The position numbers and the translations under genes were made by a program. Below are positions 1 to 7,540 of a DNA stretch of 25,225 nt, one piece after another. The notes beneath the pieces are model-generated. The model saw only the letters and a list, made by a program, of their open reading frames with translations, had not been told where the DNA came from and did no database searches. This DNA is from a virus (Duplodnaviria; Caudoviricetes): positions 1 through 25,225 of IMG/VR virus record IMGVR_UViG_3300017724_000077; one strand, written 5' to 3'. Each line of letters begins with the position of its first letter. Position 1 is the first letter of the stretch.

Positions 1-239
1 AACAAAGACAGAAACAAATAGAAAACTAATTGAATTTAAGCAGCATTCATTTTGAAATGGGCTATTTAATCTCATGAAAACCCTTTATTTAATTTAGATT
101 CTGCAGAATTTAGAACATTTATTGAAACAATTTTTACCTTGCCTTGCCTTTTTTTATGGTGTTTGAGCAAAGGGGCTATGGGGTAAAACGGGCAATGATA
201 TACGTTTATACCTACTCAGATTTTTTTACCAAATTATTT

Positions 240-342
240 TAAGTACACCTATAGGTAACTGATAGTGTCTACTATAGAGTAGTAGTTATTAGTATTACAC
301 TTACTACTATTAATATAGTTTTACTATAAGTATACCTATAGG
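240..342. repeat. Palindrome- and short-repeat-rich non-coding region downstream of terL (probable genome right-end / packaging-replication region)
   Basis: Seen: 15/16 direct repeat TAAGTA(C/T)ACCTATAGG at 240-255 and 327-342, each containing palindrome CCTATAGG; mini-hairpins ATAGT-GTCT-ACTAT (262-275) and TATAGT-TTT-ACTATA (314-328); AGTAGTA/TACTACT inverted pair (278-284/302-308). Inference: equivalent to the repeat-rich region between T7 gene 19 and the terminal repeat. Confidence 0.6.
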
Positions 343-351
343 GGTTTCTTA

Positions 352-369
352 CTTAATGAGGGGGTATTA
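352..369 (-). promoter_or_regulatory. Candidate phage RNA polymerase promoter (phiOR-equivalent), TAATACCCCCTCATTAAG
   Basis: 17/18 identical to 21767-21784, same strand; overlaps the terL stop codon; resembles the T7 promoter TAATACGACTCACTATAG; T7 phiOR also follows gene 19. Confidence 0.75.
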
Positions 370-2028
370 ATTATAGACATTAGTCCAGTTGTCTTTCTTA
401 GGTTGTCTACCTACTGCAGCTTCCATAAATCTCTCTAGTTCTTCGTCTAGCATATCTGATTTATGGTCATTTACAGCAGCTTCTATGTCCCTATCCATTG
501 TGTCTATCCAATAGGCAACAGCTATAGACAACGCATCTAGTCTATCGTCATGTATTAATGCACCCCTATCTCTGGTCAATCGTGTTAGTTGGTAAAACAA
601 TTTGTATTTTAGGTCTGTGTCGGCATTGTAGTCATCTATAATTACCTTTTCGTCAACTACAAGTCTGTGAGAATTGAGCATAGGTTCTAATGTATCTATT
701 ATTCTTTTCTCTTTTTGTGTGTTATGTCGTACTTCTTCTATATTAACAGGGTGAACTTTTGCTAAAACAGGTTTTAATAATTGAGTAAACATCCCATCTC
801 CAAAGTTGCTTTCTACAATTATCTTGTTTACGTTCTGTTCTTTTGCGATTGCTGTCAAGACTTGCAGAGAAGGCTCTTGATAACCATTCTTCGTCCCACC
901 ACTCGCTGTCAGATAAAGCTGACCCTTCATCATCTTTACAACTGCGTAAGCTGTTTCGTCTTTCCCTCGTCCTGCAGGGTCGATACTCATTACTGACCCG
1001 TCCCAAGCAGACATCTCTTGGGATATTGTCATAGGTGCACACCAATAGTCTCCTTTAAGTCCAATGTTAGGTATTTGTTTACAAGCATCTAGCTGTTCTC
1101 TACCTGATGCCCATTGAACTTTGACAGGTGCTTCACTCCAACTACTCGCCCCACTCATAACCATCATGTCATTTAATTTAAGTGGGTATTTATTAGCGTC
1201 TGACATAGACACATCTAGCATAAACTGCAAGGCGAACCCTGATTTACCATATGACGCTTCTCTCTCAAAGAGGTCTGTGTCATCAAATCTATCGGGGTCT
1301 GTAGGTTTACCCTCTACGCCCTCTTTATCGGCTATCACAGGGGCTAATTTGCCTAGCATAGCTACCTTTAAGCGTTCATCAGGGTATCTTGCAGTCCATA
1401 TTCTTGTCTTATAACCACGTTCATCTAAAAGATTGTATATAGACATCTCTGTTTGTGGCGTACCAAGGAAGACAATACGTCCATTTGGTTTAATAATAGC
1501 TTCAAATTCTTTAATTGTTTCTGCTAATTTGTCTCTCATCATTTGTGTCTGTGAGTTATTAGCTGATTCTACGTCATCTGCAATGATTAAATCTGCACGT
1601 GACCCCGTAAGCTGTCCTGTTATTCCTAAAGATTTAACTGAAGGTGCGTGGGATGCTTGTGCAGGTGCTACATCAAAGCTAATCTTACTCATACGTTGCC
1701 CATCCTTGGGGCGTAGATGAGCAAGGAGTGGCATCTCGTGGATTAGACGTAGGGTAAACGTACTAAAGTCATCAGCACGTGTCTTAGACGCAGATACAAC
1801 CAATATGTTCATCTGTGGATTTAACAATAACTGATGACATACATAGGCAGACGTAATCCAAGATTTACCTACACCACGAAACGCTTCAATAACTTCCCGT
1901 CTTTCTGTTTTATCTTGGAGATAATTTGCAATATCATATTGTACTGGCGTTGGGTCGGGAAGATTTAAATGCTTCCACGACATATACAAAAAGTTTTTGA
2001 AGTCTAATAATCTATTGTCTATCGTCAC
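367..2028 (-). CDS. terL: Terminase large subunit (T7 gp19-like DNA maturase B)
   Basis: 553 aa; Walker A AFRGVGKS, SVKSLGITGQLTGSRADLIIADDVE (Walker B), LGTPQTE, nuclease motifs IDPAGRGKDET and HDDRLDAL; GTG start overlaps the upstream stop (GTGA). Confidence 0.97.
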   Translation of the reverse strand: MTIDNRLLDFKNFLYMSWKHLNLPDPTPVQYDIANYLQDKTERREVIEAFRGVGKSWITSAYVCHQLLLNPQMNILVVSASKTRADDFSTFTLRLIHEMPLLAHLRPKDGQRMSKISFDVAPAQASHAPSVKSLGITGQLTGSRADLIIADDVESANNSQTQMMRDKLAETIKEFEAIIKPNGRIVFLGTPQTEMSIYNLLDERGYKTRIWTARYPDERLKVAMLGKLAPVIADKEGVEGKPTDPDRFDDTDLFEREASYGKSGFALQFMLDVSMSDANKYPLKLNDMMVMSGASSWSEAPVKVQWASGREQLDACKQIPNIGLKGDYWCAPMTISQEMSAWDGSVMSIDPAGRGKDETAYAVVKMMKGQLYLTASGGTKNGYQEPSLQVLTAIAKEQNVNKIIVESNFGDGMFTQLLKPVLAKVHPVNIEEVRHNTQKEKRIIDTLEPMLNSHRLVVDEKVIIDDYNADTDLKYKLFYQLTRLTRDRGALIHDDRLDALSIAVAYWIDTMDRDIEAAVNDHKSDMLDEELERFMEAAVGRQPKKDNWTNVYN

Positions 2029-2162
2029 GATTTTTTCTTAGGTTTCTTTTTAGGAAAACCTGCTTTCATATTAGCATATGATTTAGCTGAGACTGTAGAT
2101 TTTGATTTAGGTCTGCTTGTACCTGCTTTTTTTCGTTTGTTAATATTTTCATAAAGAGACAT
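2025..2162 (-). CDS. 45-aa highly basic hypothetical protein (not in ORF track)
   Basis: Hand translation MSLYENINKRKKAGTSRPKSKSTVSAKSYANMKAGFPKKKPKKKS; AAGGA upstream; TAATG coupling to the previous ORF and GTGA coupling to terL. Confidence 0.8.
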   Translation of the reverse strand: MSLYENINKRKKAGTSRPKSKSTVSAKSYANMKAGFPKKKPKKKS

Positions 2163-2317
2163 TATTTATCCTTTGGTTTAGATTTTTTTACTGGAGATTT
2201 ATATGTTTTTCGTTTCTTATATGCCATAGGTTTTCCTTTTCCTGATAAATATTTTATTGGTTCTCTATCAAACTGTATGTTAAAATAATTAACAAATAAA
2301 TTAACAATACGTTCCAT
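2162..2317 (-). CDS. 51-aa hypothetical protein with basic C-terminus and possible internal start at 2227 (not in ORF track)
   Basis: Hand translation MERIVNLFVNYFNIQFDREPIKYLSGKGKPMAYKKRKTYKSPVKKSKPKDK; starts 2 nt after the terS stop; in-frame ATG at 2227 is preceded by AAGGA. Confidence 0.65.
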   Translation of the reverse strand: MERIVNLFVNYFNIQFDREPIKYLSGKGKPMAYKKRKTYKSPVKKSKPKDK

Positions 2318-2319
2318 AG

Positions 2320-2535
2320 TTATTGAATTTGGTCTACATTTTCGTCAAAGGGCAAACCTTCAAGTATCTCTCTCATTACATTACTATCAGCAGGTAATGC
2401 TGTTATCTCATTATCTTTTAAAAATTGTCGTGCTACGTTTAAATCCCCTGCTTTAGCTTCAGGGTCACGCACTACTTCTAAAAGTTTATTAGCAAGTTCT
2501 TTATGTAACTCACCCATCATTTTTTGCATTGACAC
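2320..2535 (-). CDS. terS: Terminase small subunit (gp18-like DNA maturase A)
   Basis: 71 aa, LHKELANKLL...AGDLNVARQFLKDNEITA pattern typical of small terminases of marine T7-like phages; AAGGAG RBS before GTG; upstream of terL. Confidence 0.85.
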   Translation of the reverse strand: MSMQKMMGELHKELANKLLEVVRDPEAKAGDLNVARQFLKDNEITALPADSNVMREILEGLPFDENVDQIQ

Positions 2536-2651
2536 TTTTTACTCTCCTTCATTCTATACACAATATTTATTCCTGTATTAACAAACACAGCAATCATTGT
2601 TAGGGTCTGTAAAAACAACCCTACTATTATTAAATCCACTACTTCTCCCAT
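2517..2651 (-). CDS. 44-aa single-TM membrane protein (not in ORF track)
   Basis: Hand translation MGEVVDLIIVGLFLQTLTMIAVFVNTGINIVYRMKESKKCQCKK; ATG directly follows the holin stop; hydrophobic core plus basic tail; overlaps the terS start by 19 nt. Confidence 0.65.
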   Translation of the reverse strand: MGEVVDLIIVGLFLQTLTMIAVFVNTGINIVYRMKESKKCQCKK

Positions 2652-3032
2652 TTACTTTTTTCCAAACATTTTAGTTGCACCTTTAATTCCGAATGACGCA
2701 CTAACAATTACACCTAACGTGTACTTGTACCATTCAGGAGTCTGAGAAAGTGCTTCAAATCCTCTTTCTACATATTCAACTGTCCAAGGCAAGAAACAAA
2801 GCAAAAGTGGAATACTAAACAAAATTGTGAGATATTCGTCTTTCCATGAGTCCCCTGAATTTTTTTGAGCCTGTACGTCCCATTCAACTTCACCTGCAAT
2901 TTTCTTTTCTATTAAAGATGTTTCAGCTTCAATCTTTACTAATTTTTGTTTTGCTTTAGCTTTTTTGGTTTCCACATAACCTTCTACCACGTTACCTGCC
3001 AAACCTAAAAGACCTGATATAATTGGTATCAT
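2652..3032 (-). CDS. Putative holin (3-TM GTA-holin-like family)
   Basis: 126 aa; N-terminal hydrophobic segment, SWKDEYLTILFSIPLLLCF and PEWYKYTLGVIVSASFG TM segments, basic C-terminus; holin position upstream of terS as in T7 17.5. Confidence 0.7.
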   Translation of the reverse strand: MIPIISGLLGLAGNVVEGYVETKKAKAKQKLVKIEAETSLIEKKIAGEVEWDVQAQKNSGDSWKDEYLTILFSIPLLLCFLPWTVEYVERGFEALSQTPEWYKYTLGVIVSASFGIKGATKMFGKK

Positions 3033-3232
3033 GTAAACCTACCTTCTTTTAGTTGTGTGCATCTATAGGCAACAGCTTTCATATCTGTCATCATCTCTGA
3101 AATATCATTACGCATTTCAAAAGTTCGTTGCACACATTGTTCTTTTGTTATTAATTGTTCTCTAGTGTCTTCAAATTCGATACAAATATTAGGGTTTGAA
3201 ATAGAACACGCTAATACAATAGCTTTAAACAT
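3029..3232 (-). CDS. 67-aa four-cysteine hypothetical protein
   Basis: MFKAIVLAC...C...C...YRC; TAATG-coupled upstream and ATGA-coupled downstream. Confidence 0.75.
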   Translation of the reverse strand: MFKAIVLACSISNPNICIEFEDTREQLITKEQCVQRTFEMRNDISEMMTDMKAVAYRCTQLKEGRFT

Positions 3233-3684
3233 TATAAAGTTCCTTTCAAAAATTCAATCCAATAATAAAGAACAACAGTTGCTACAGCTAATATTCCTAC
3301 TACTACTCCAATAGTCATATTTCTGTCATAAATTCGTACCTTTTCAGCTAACATCTTTTTTTGCTCGGCACGTTCTGCTGCTATTTCAGCTTGTAATCTT
3401 TCCCATTGTCCAGGTTTTCCATATAATTGAAAAATACTACGCAACTCATTACGCATATCTTCTAGGGCTTCTTTTTTAAAATGTTTTTCTATAGCTGAAT
3501 CTTCTGCTAAAGAAAATCTACTTTTCTTTTTTCTTGCTTCTCCAACTTGTAGTTCAGCTTCCCCCTGTGCATATTTTTTTACTGCAGCACCCATACTGGA
3601 CAAATCTCGCCCAATTTGAACACCTTTCATAATTGCTTTATGCCCTGCACAAATTGCAGAAAAAGCTGTAATTGGGTCTATCAT
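3232..3684 (-). CDS. 150-aa coiled-coil protein with C-terminal TM helix
   Basis: MIDPITA N-terminus, charged helical middle, TM IGVVVGILAVATVVLYYW. Confidence 0.8.
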   Translation of the reverse strand: MIDPITAFSAICAGHKAIMKGVQIGRDLSSMGAAVKKYAQGEAELQVGEARKKKSRFSLAEDSAIEKHFKKEALEDMRNELRSIFQLYGKPGQWERLQAEIAAERAEQKKMLAEKVRIYDRNMTIGVVVGILAVATVVLYYWIEFLKGTL

Positions 3685-3707
3685 GTAAAACTACTTTCAA
3701 TTTAAGA

Positions 3708-3911
3708 TTAAATTTTAGTGAGTAGGGTTGCAGCTAATACAATAAAAGAAAGAGTGGAAACCATAATCATAGCTTCCAATCTCCATAATCTTTTATCTAA
3801 AGCAGACAACTTATCATTCACCATTTGATACCTAACAGCACACTCTTTTTCATGTGCTTCAAGTTCCATCTGAACTTTTAGTTCAGGTTCAAGTGATTGT
3901 GCCATCTTCAT
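3708..3911 (-). CDS. 67-aa coiled-coil plus C-terminal TM protein (XhlA-like architecture)
   Basis: HEKECAVRY motif, heptad LSALDKRLWRLE, TM MIMVSTLSFIVLAATLL. Confidence 0.75.
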   Translation of the reverse strand: MKMAQSLEPELKVQMELEAHEKECAVRYQMVNDKLSALDKRLWRLEAMIMVSTLSFIVLAATLLTKI

Positions 3912-3914
3912 TTA

Positions 3915-4283
3915 CTAAGAGATTGCGTAAAACGCATCCCTCTCTGTATTAGTATCGCTGATAATTTTAGCAATACCATCTTGTACTGTTTTATCACCAG
4001 TTCGTAAGGCTTTAAATTCGTCATCTTGCGAATATTTTTCACGAATACGCATCTTTTTCTTATTATCCCACATGGATTTATTAAGTGCTTTAGCAGCGAT
4101 AACATCATCAGCATCACACAATGTAAACGTGTCTTTGTTTAGGCTTACCATTAGGTCTTTCCAACCATCATCCATAGCCACGTATCCATCACCTAACCAT
4201 TTAATTTTACCTGTTGCTGTGGAATCCCATTCTTTAGGATGCACAATAGCTTTAGGTTCTTTAATGTATTTATATAGTTTCAT
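3915..4283 (-). CDS. 122-aa hypothetical protein, possible tail-fibre assembly chaperone
   Basis: AAGGA RBS; immediately downstream of the RCC1-like fibre gene; IREKYSQDDEFKALR helical C-terminus. Function inferred from position only. Confidence 0.6.
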   Translation of the reverse strand: MKLYKYIKEPKAIVHPKEWDSTATGKIKWLGDGYVAMDDGWKDLMVSLNKDTFTLCDADDVIAAKALNKSMWDNKKKMRIREKYSQDDEFKALRTGDKTVQDGIAKIISDTNTERDAFYAIS

Positions 4284-4294
4284 TTTTTTTCCTT

Positions 4295-6298
4295 CTAGTT
4301 AAGATTCCAACGTGACCATTTATATTTGGTTTGCGTAGTATTACCACCATACAAGTAGTGGATGTTATTACCCCTTGTCCAATATTCATTGGTAGATGTT
4401 CTAATGAAGTGATTCCAATAAGCACTATAGAAGTGTCCTTGACAATATAAATCTTCAATAGTTTCAGCTACCTTACCTGCATACGTTGTCCCTGAAGACA
4501 AAGTGTGCATCCAATTATTATGGTCAGGTTGTGCATTGGTATAACTAACTGCTGAAGTATTTGCTTGGTAGTTATAATCTACTTCATGATATCCACTTGT
4601 CCATAGTCTTCCTTGGTTGTCCAAGAAAAACCATGTAGATGTTGAATAAGAACCTTCACGAACACCCCATGCAGCTACAATATTATTTCTTGGAAATGAC
4701 ATTTCGTTAGAAGAAAGTGTTCCATCAGCAGATGAACTCATAACTACAGAACGATTTGAACCATATACGTCTGTCTGTGGTTGTACAAGAGATGAGTTTG
4801 AAGAAGTAGTGTTACCTTGCATTATTTGTCCATCACCTCCCCAACCACACATATAGATTGGTAGCCCGTTTGTTGTGTCATACAAATCTCCAGGAGTTCC
4901 TTGAAACGCTAACATAGTTGTATATTCAGGTTCTCCTGCACATATAACTGCAGCAAAGTTCAGAGAACCACCTGCTTGTGTCCATGCTGATACAGCACTC
5001 GTTGAACCAATACCTAATGCACCATAGTTATTATATCCAATACCATATAAGTCACCATCAGCTTGTAATGCAAACATATTTGAACCATAGTCTGCTGAAT
5101 ACCCATAACCCGAATAGTTAAGAATTTGAACAACACCAGTAACTCCCATTTGGAATGGGGCTGTTCTATTAGCACCTTGCATAACTCCATTATCGTTTGC
5201 ACCTGTACCCCACACCTGACCTGTTGTGTCTAAGTATAAAGTTGTGCGATAACCTGCAGAGATTTGACATATATCTACACCTGATAATGCAGAAATTATA
5301 GTAGGTACACTTTTATTAGCTGTTGTGCCATCCCCTATTTGTCCTGTACCATTGTGTCCCCATGACATTACTCGCCCATCTTCAAGAATTACGTGACAAG
5401 TGTTAGTTCCTTGTCCTTCGTAACCCATTTTGTAACTGAATGTAAATCCTGTTACACGACAAGTAACACTATTGTTGGTGGCATTAACACCTAGATATGG
5501 GTTTCTTACCCATTGGTATCTAGCAGTTGTATCACCAAGTCCTAGTTCACCATCATCATTCTCACCAAAGCACCACAAGTCACCTTTATTAGTTAGTGCC
5601 CATGCTGAATATTGGGAGTACCATATACGAACAAAGTATTCACCTGATTGCATACCACCAAATTCCATTGATAGTGGCATAGTGGTTTCCATATTCCCAG
5701 TATGAGTATTAACTACACTACCTATACCATTGTAAGAATAACCCCTGTGACATATTTCATGGTTTTCGTTTAGATACATCATGAAAAATCCACCTGAAAC
5801 GTAACCTTCGTTTCTATCACGCTTAACAGGCGATAAAGAACCATTAGGTAAACCATCATAAGGTATATAGTTATTAGCATAATCTGCTAACCAAGGATAT
5901 TTACCCCCTGTACCATACGTTGTAGTTTCAGTTGTATGAGCATAACGAGGTATATTACTACCTAGTGGTTTATGAGTGGCATCTCCTGAAGATGCTTCCC
6001 ATCCTACTGCTGTAGATGAGGTTGCTTTCAGAACCTGCCCTGTACTACCAATAGGTAATCGTGCTTGACTACCACCAGTAACAGTTAGTAAGTCACCATT
6101 AGTAGTCAGAGTTGCTTGTCCCTCTGCCATTAGTTCCCAATATGAACTGCCATTTGCAGGTGTTTGTCCTGTACCTGCTTGTATGTTTACCCAAGAACTT
6201 CCTAAGTAAGACACTACGTCATCAACTGTGTAGGCAGTACCTGCAGCGTAAGCACCTTTCCACACAAATTTTATTTTACCGACATCAATCGTTGCCAT
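4295..6298 (-). CDS. Second tail fibre / receptor-binding protein with N-terminal CBM5/12-like module and RCC1/BLIP-II-like beta-propeller repeats
   Basis: 667 aa; YTVDDVVSYLGSSW...YW N-terminal module; LTTNGDLL..RLPIGSTGQVL fibre segment; repeats GDLWCFGENDDGELGLG, GRVMSWGHNGTGQIGDG, GQVWGTGANDNG, GDLYGIGYNNYGALGIG, IYMCGWGGDGQ, GRLWTSGY. Confidence 0.8.
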   Translation of the reverse strand: MATIDVGKIKFVWKGAYAAGTAYTVDDVVSYLGSSWVNIQAGTGQTPANGSSYWELMAEGQATLTTNGDLLTVTGGSQARLPIGSTGQVLKATSSTAVGWEASSGDATHKPLGSNIPRYAHTTETTTYGTGGKYPWLADYANNYIPYDGLPNGSLSPVKRDRNEGYVSGGFFMMYLNENHEICHRGYSYNGIGSVVNTHTGNMETTMPLSMEFGGMQSGEYFVRIWYSQYSAWALTNKGDLWCFGENDDGELGLGDTTARYQWVRNPYLGVNATNNSVTCRVTGFTFSYKMGYEGQGTNTCHVILEDGRVMSWGHNGTGQIGDGTTANKSVPTIISALSGVDICQISAGYRTTLYLDTTGQVWGTGANDNGVMQGANRTAPFQMGVTGVVQILNYSGYGYSADYGSNMFALQADGDLYGIGYNNYGALGIGSTSAVSAWTQAGGSLNFAAVICAGEPEYTTMLAFQGTPGDLYDTTNGLPIYMCGWGGDGQIMQGNTTSSNSSLVQPQTDVYGSNRSVVMSSSADGTLSSNEMSFPRNNIVAAWGVREGSYSTSTWFFLDNQGRLWTSGYHEVDYNYQANTSAVSYTNAQPDHNNWMHTLSSGTTYAGKVAETIEDLYCQGHFYSAYWNHFIRTSTNEYWTRGNNIHYLYGGNTTQTKYKWSRWNLN

Positions 6299-6334
6299 TT
6301 TTATTTCCTTTTTAAATTAAATTGTTTTTACCGA

Positions 6335-7519
6335 CTAGGGTGTTGTTACTAATAGATGACCATTACTATTAATAGCAAACGTCAATCCCAAAGATGCAAA
6401 TTCTGAATCTTTATAGTCAGAAAGTGTGTATGCTTCTGAACCACCACCTGTTGTTCCATCAACCTGCAGTACCCCATTAGTCTGTTTAAAACCATAAAAT
6501 GCAGCATTATTTACTGTACCTGCATTATGAGTTATAGCTTCTTTAACACGTAAAGGTGTCATACCTGTAGTGTTATCTGTTCCTGCCTGTGCTTCTGAAG
6601 TTGTTGCCAACCTTTCTGCACTAAATAGAGCAGCAGTACCATTTATAGTTAGTGTCTCATTTCCACCATCATTGTTTTCTACAAACGTAATGTTTGAACC
6701 TGCAACAAGTTTGCCATTAAGAAATCCTGGGGATGTATCATTCGCAGACACCCCTGCCTTAACGTCAGCACCTGTCGCTACAGCGTTCCAACTTGTTCCA
6801 TTATAAAATTTAAGTTGGTTGTCTGTGCTGTTATATACTAAATCACCTTCGTCTAATGACGCTGATGGGTCTGTTGTTGCAATACGATACCTATTAGCAA
6901 AATCACTAACTGAACCTATATTAGATACAAGTGTATTAATATTTGTTTCATTTGAATTTACTGAAGTAATAGCACTCATATTAGTATTAAGAGTAGTTAT
7001 TGCACTATTATTTGCAGCTAACGTATTAATACTCGTTTTATCTGCTGAACTTAACCAAGTATTTTCGAGATAATTCTTTGTTACAGCATCTTGTGCTAGT
7101 GTTGGGTCTGCAACATTTCCAACCTTTTTGTTTCCTGCATCAAATGCTCCCGTTACATCTGAAGCAGCAATAGAGTCTTGAGCGTAATCAATAGATTCCT
7201 GTGCCATAAAGAACGCTTGAGTAGAGTCAGCGTCTAAGTCAGCTTCTTTTAAAACTGCCCCTGCAACATAATCAACAAGTCTTGCGTCTTGACTTGTAGA
7301 ACGCCTAATAGTAATAGCTGATTGGTCAGCAGGTGCTGTTGTAAAAGTTATTTGATTAGACGAGGGAAACGAATAATCATTTGTTTGAGATGTTGTGTCT
7401 GCTACTTTATCAACACCATTAATTTTTACCTTAACATCAGCAGCTTGACGATAGTCAAACCCAATAGTGTAGGTCACAGTATTCCCATTTCCTGTGTATT
7501 TAGTTAGTGCGTATGCCAT
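6335..7519 (-). CDS. Tail fibre protein, T7 gp17-like N-terminal attachment domain (short adaptor type)
   Basis: 394 aa; YTGNG..TYTIGFDY..DVKVKING...TAPA...IRRST...VDY..GAVL...DLD is the gp17 N-terminal pattern; VADPT..QDAVTK motif; coiled-coil; follows gp16. Confidence 0.9.
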   Translation of the reverse strand: MAYALTKYTGNGNTVTYTIGFDYRQAADVKVKINGVDKVADTTSQTNDYSFPSSNQITFTTAPADQSAITIRRSTSQDARLVDYVAGAVLKEADLDADSTQAFFMAQESIDYAQDSIAASDVTGAFDAGNKKVGNVADPTLAQDAVTKNYLENTWLSSADKTSINTLAANNSAITTLNTNMSAITSVNSNETNINTLVSNIGSVSDFANRYRIATTDPSASLDEGDLVYNSTDNQLKFYNGTSWNAVATGADVKAGVSANDTSPGFLNGKLVAGSNITFVENNDGGNETLTINGTAALFSAERLATTSEAQAGTDNTTGMTPLRVKEAITHNAGTVNNAAFYGFKQTNGVLQVDGTTGGGSEAYTLSDYKDSEFASLGLTFAINSNGHLLVTTP

Positions 7520-7540
7520 ATTTTAATCCTTTTAATGGTG

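Noticed and set aside
240-342. CRISPR-like mini-array or tRNA/attP in the end region
   Set aside because: Only two 16-bp repeats with a low-complexity interval; no cloverleaf or T-loop consensus seen.
743-1720. Alternative-frame and antisense ORFs inside terL, and similar ones inside gp16, gp12, capsid, nrdJ and the fibre genes
   Set aside because: Nested in well-supported genes, no motifs, weak starts; expected shadow ORFs. The nested 743-1045 ORF has no lipobox or TM segment, so it is not an Rz1-like gene.
3200-3232. Lipobox-like VLAC suggesting an o-spanin
   Set aside because: Cys is residue 9, too short a hydrophobic stretch for a signal peptidase II substrate; left as an unknown four-Cys protein.
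3908-4458. Minus-strand ORFs 3908-4117 and 4270-4458
   Set aside because: They overlap better-supported genes in other frames and lack an RBS.
4295-4700. Diversity-generating retroelement target in the aromatic, Asn-rich C-terminus of the fibre protein
   Set aside because: No second near-identical copy (template repeat) and no reverse transcriptase in the window.
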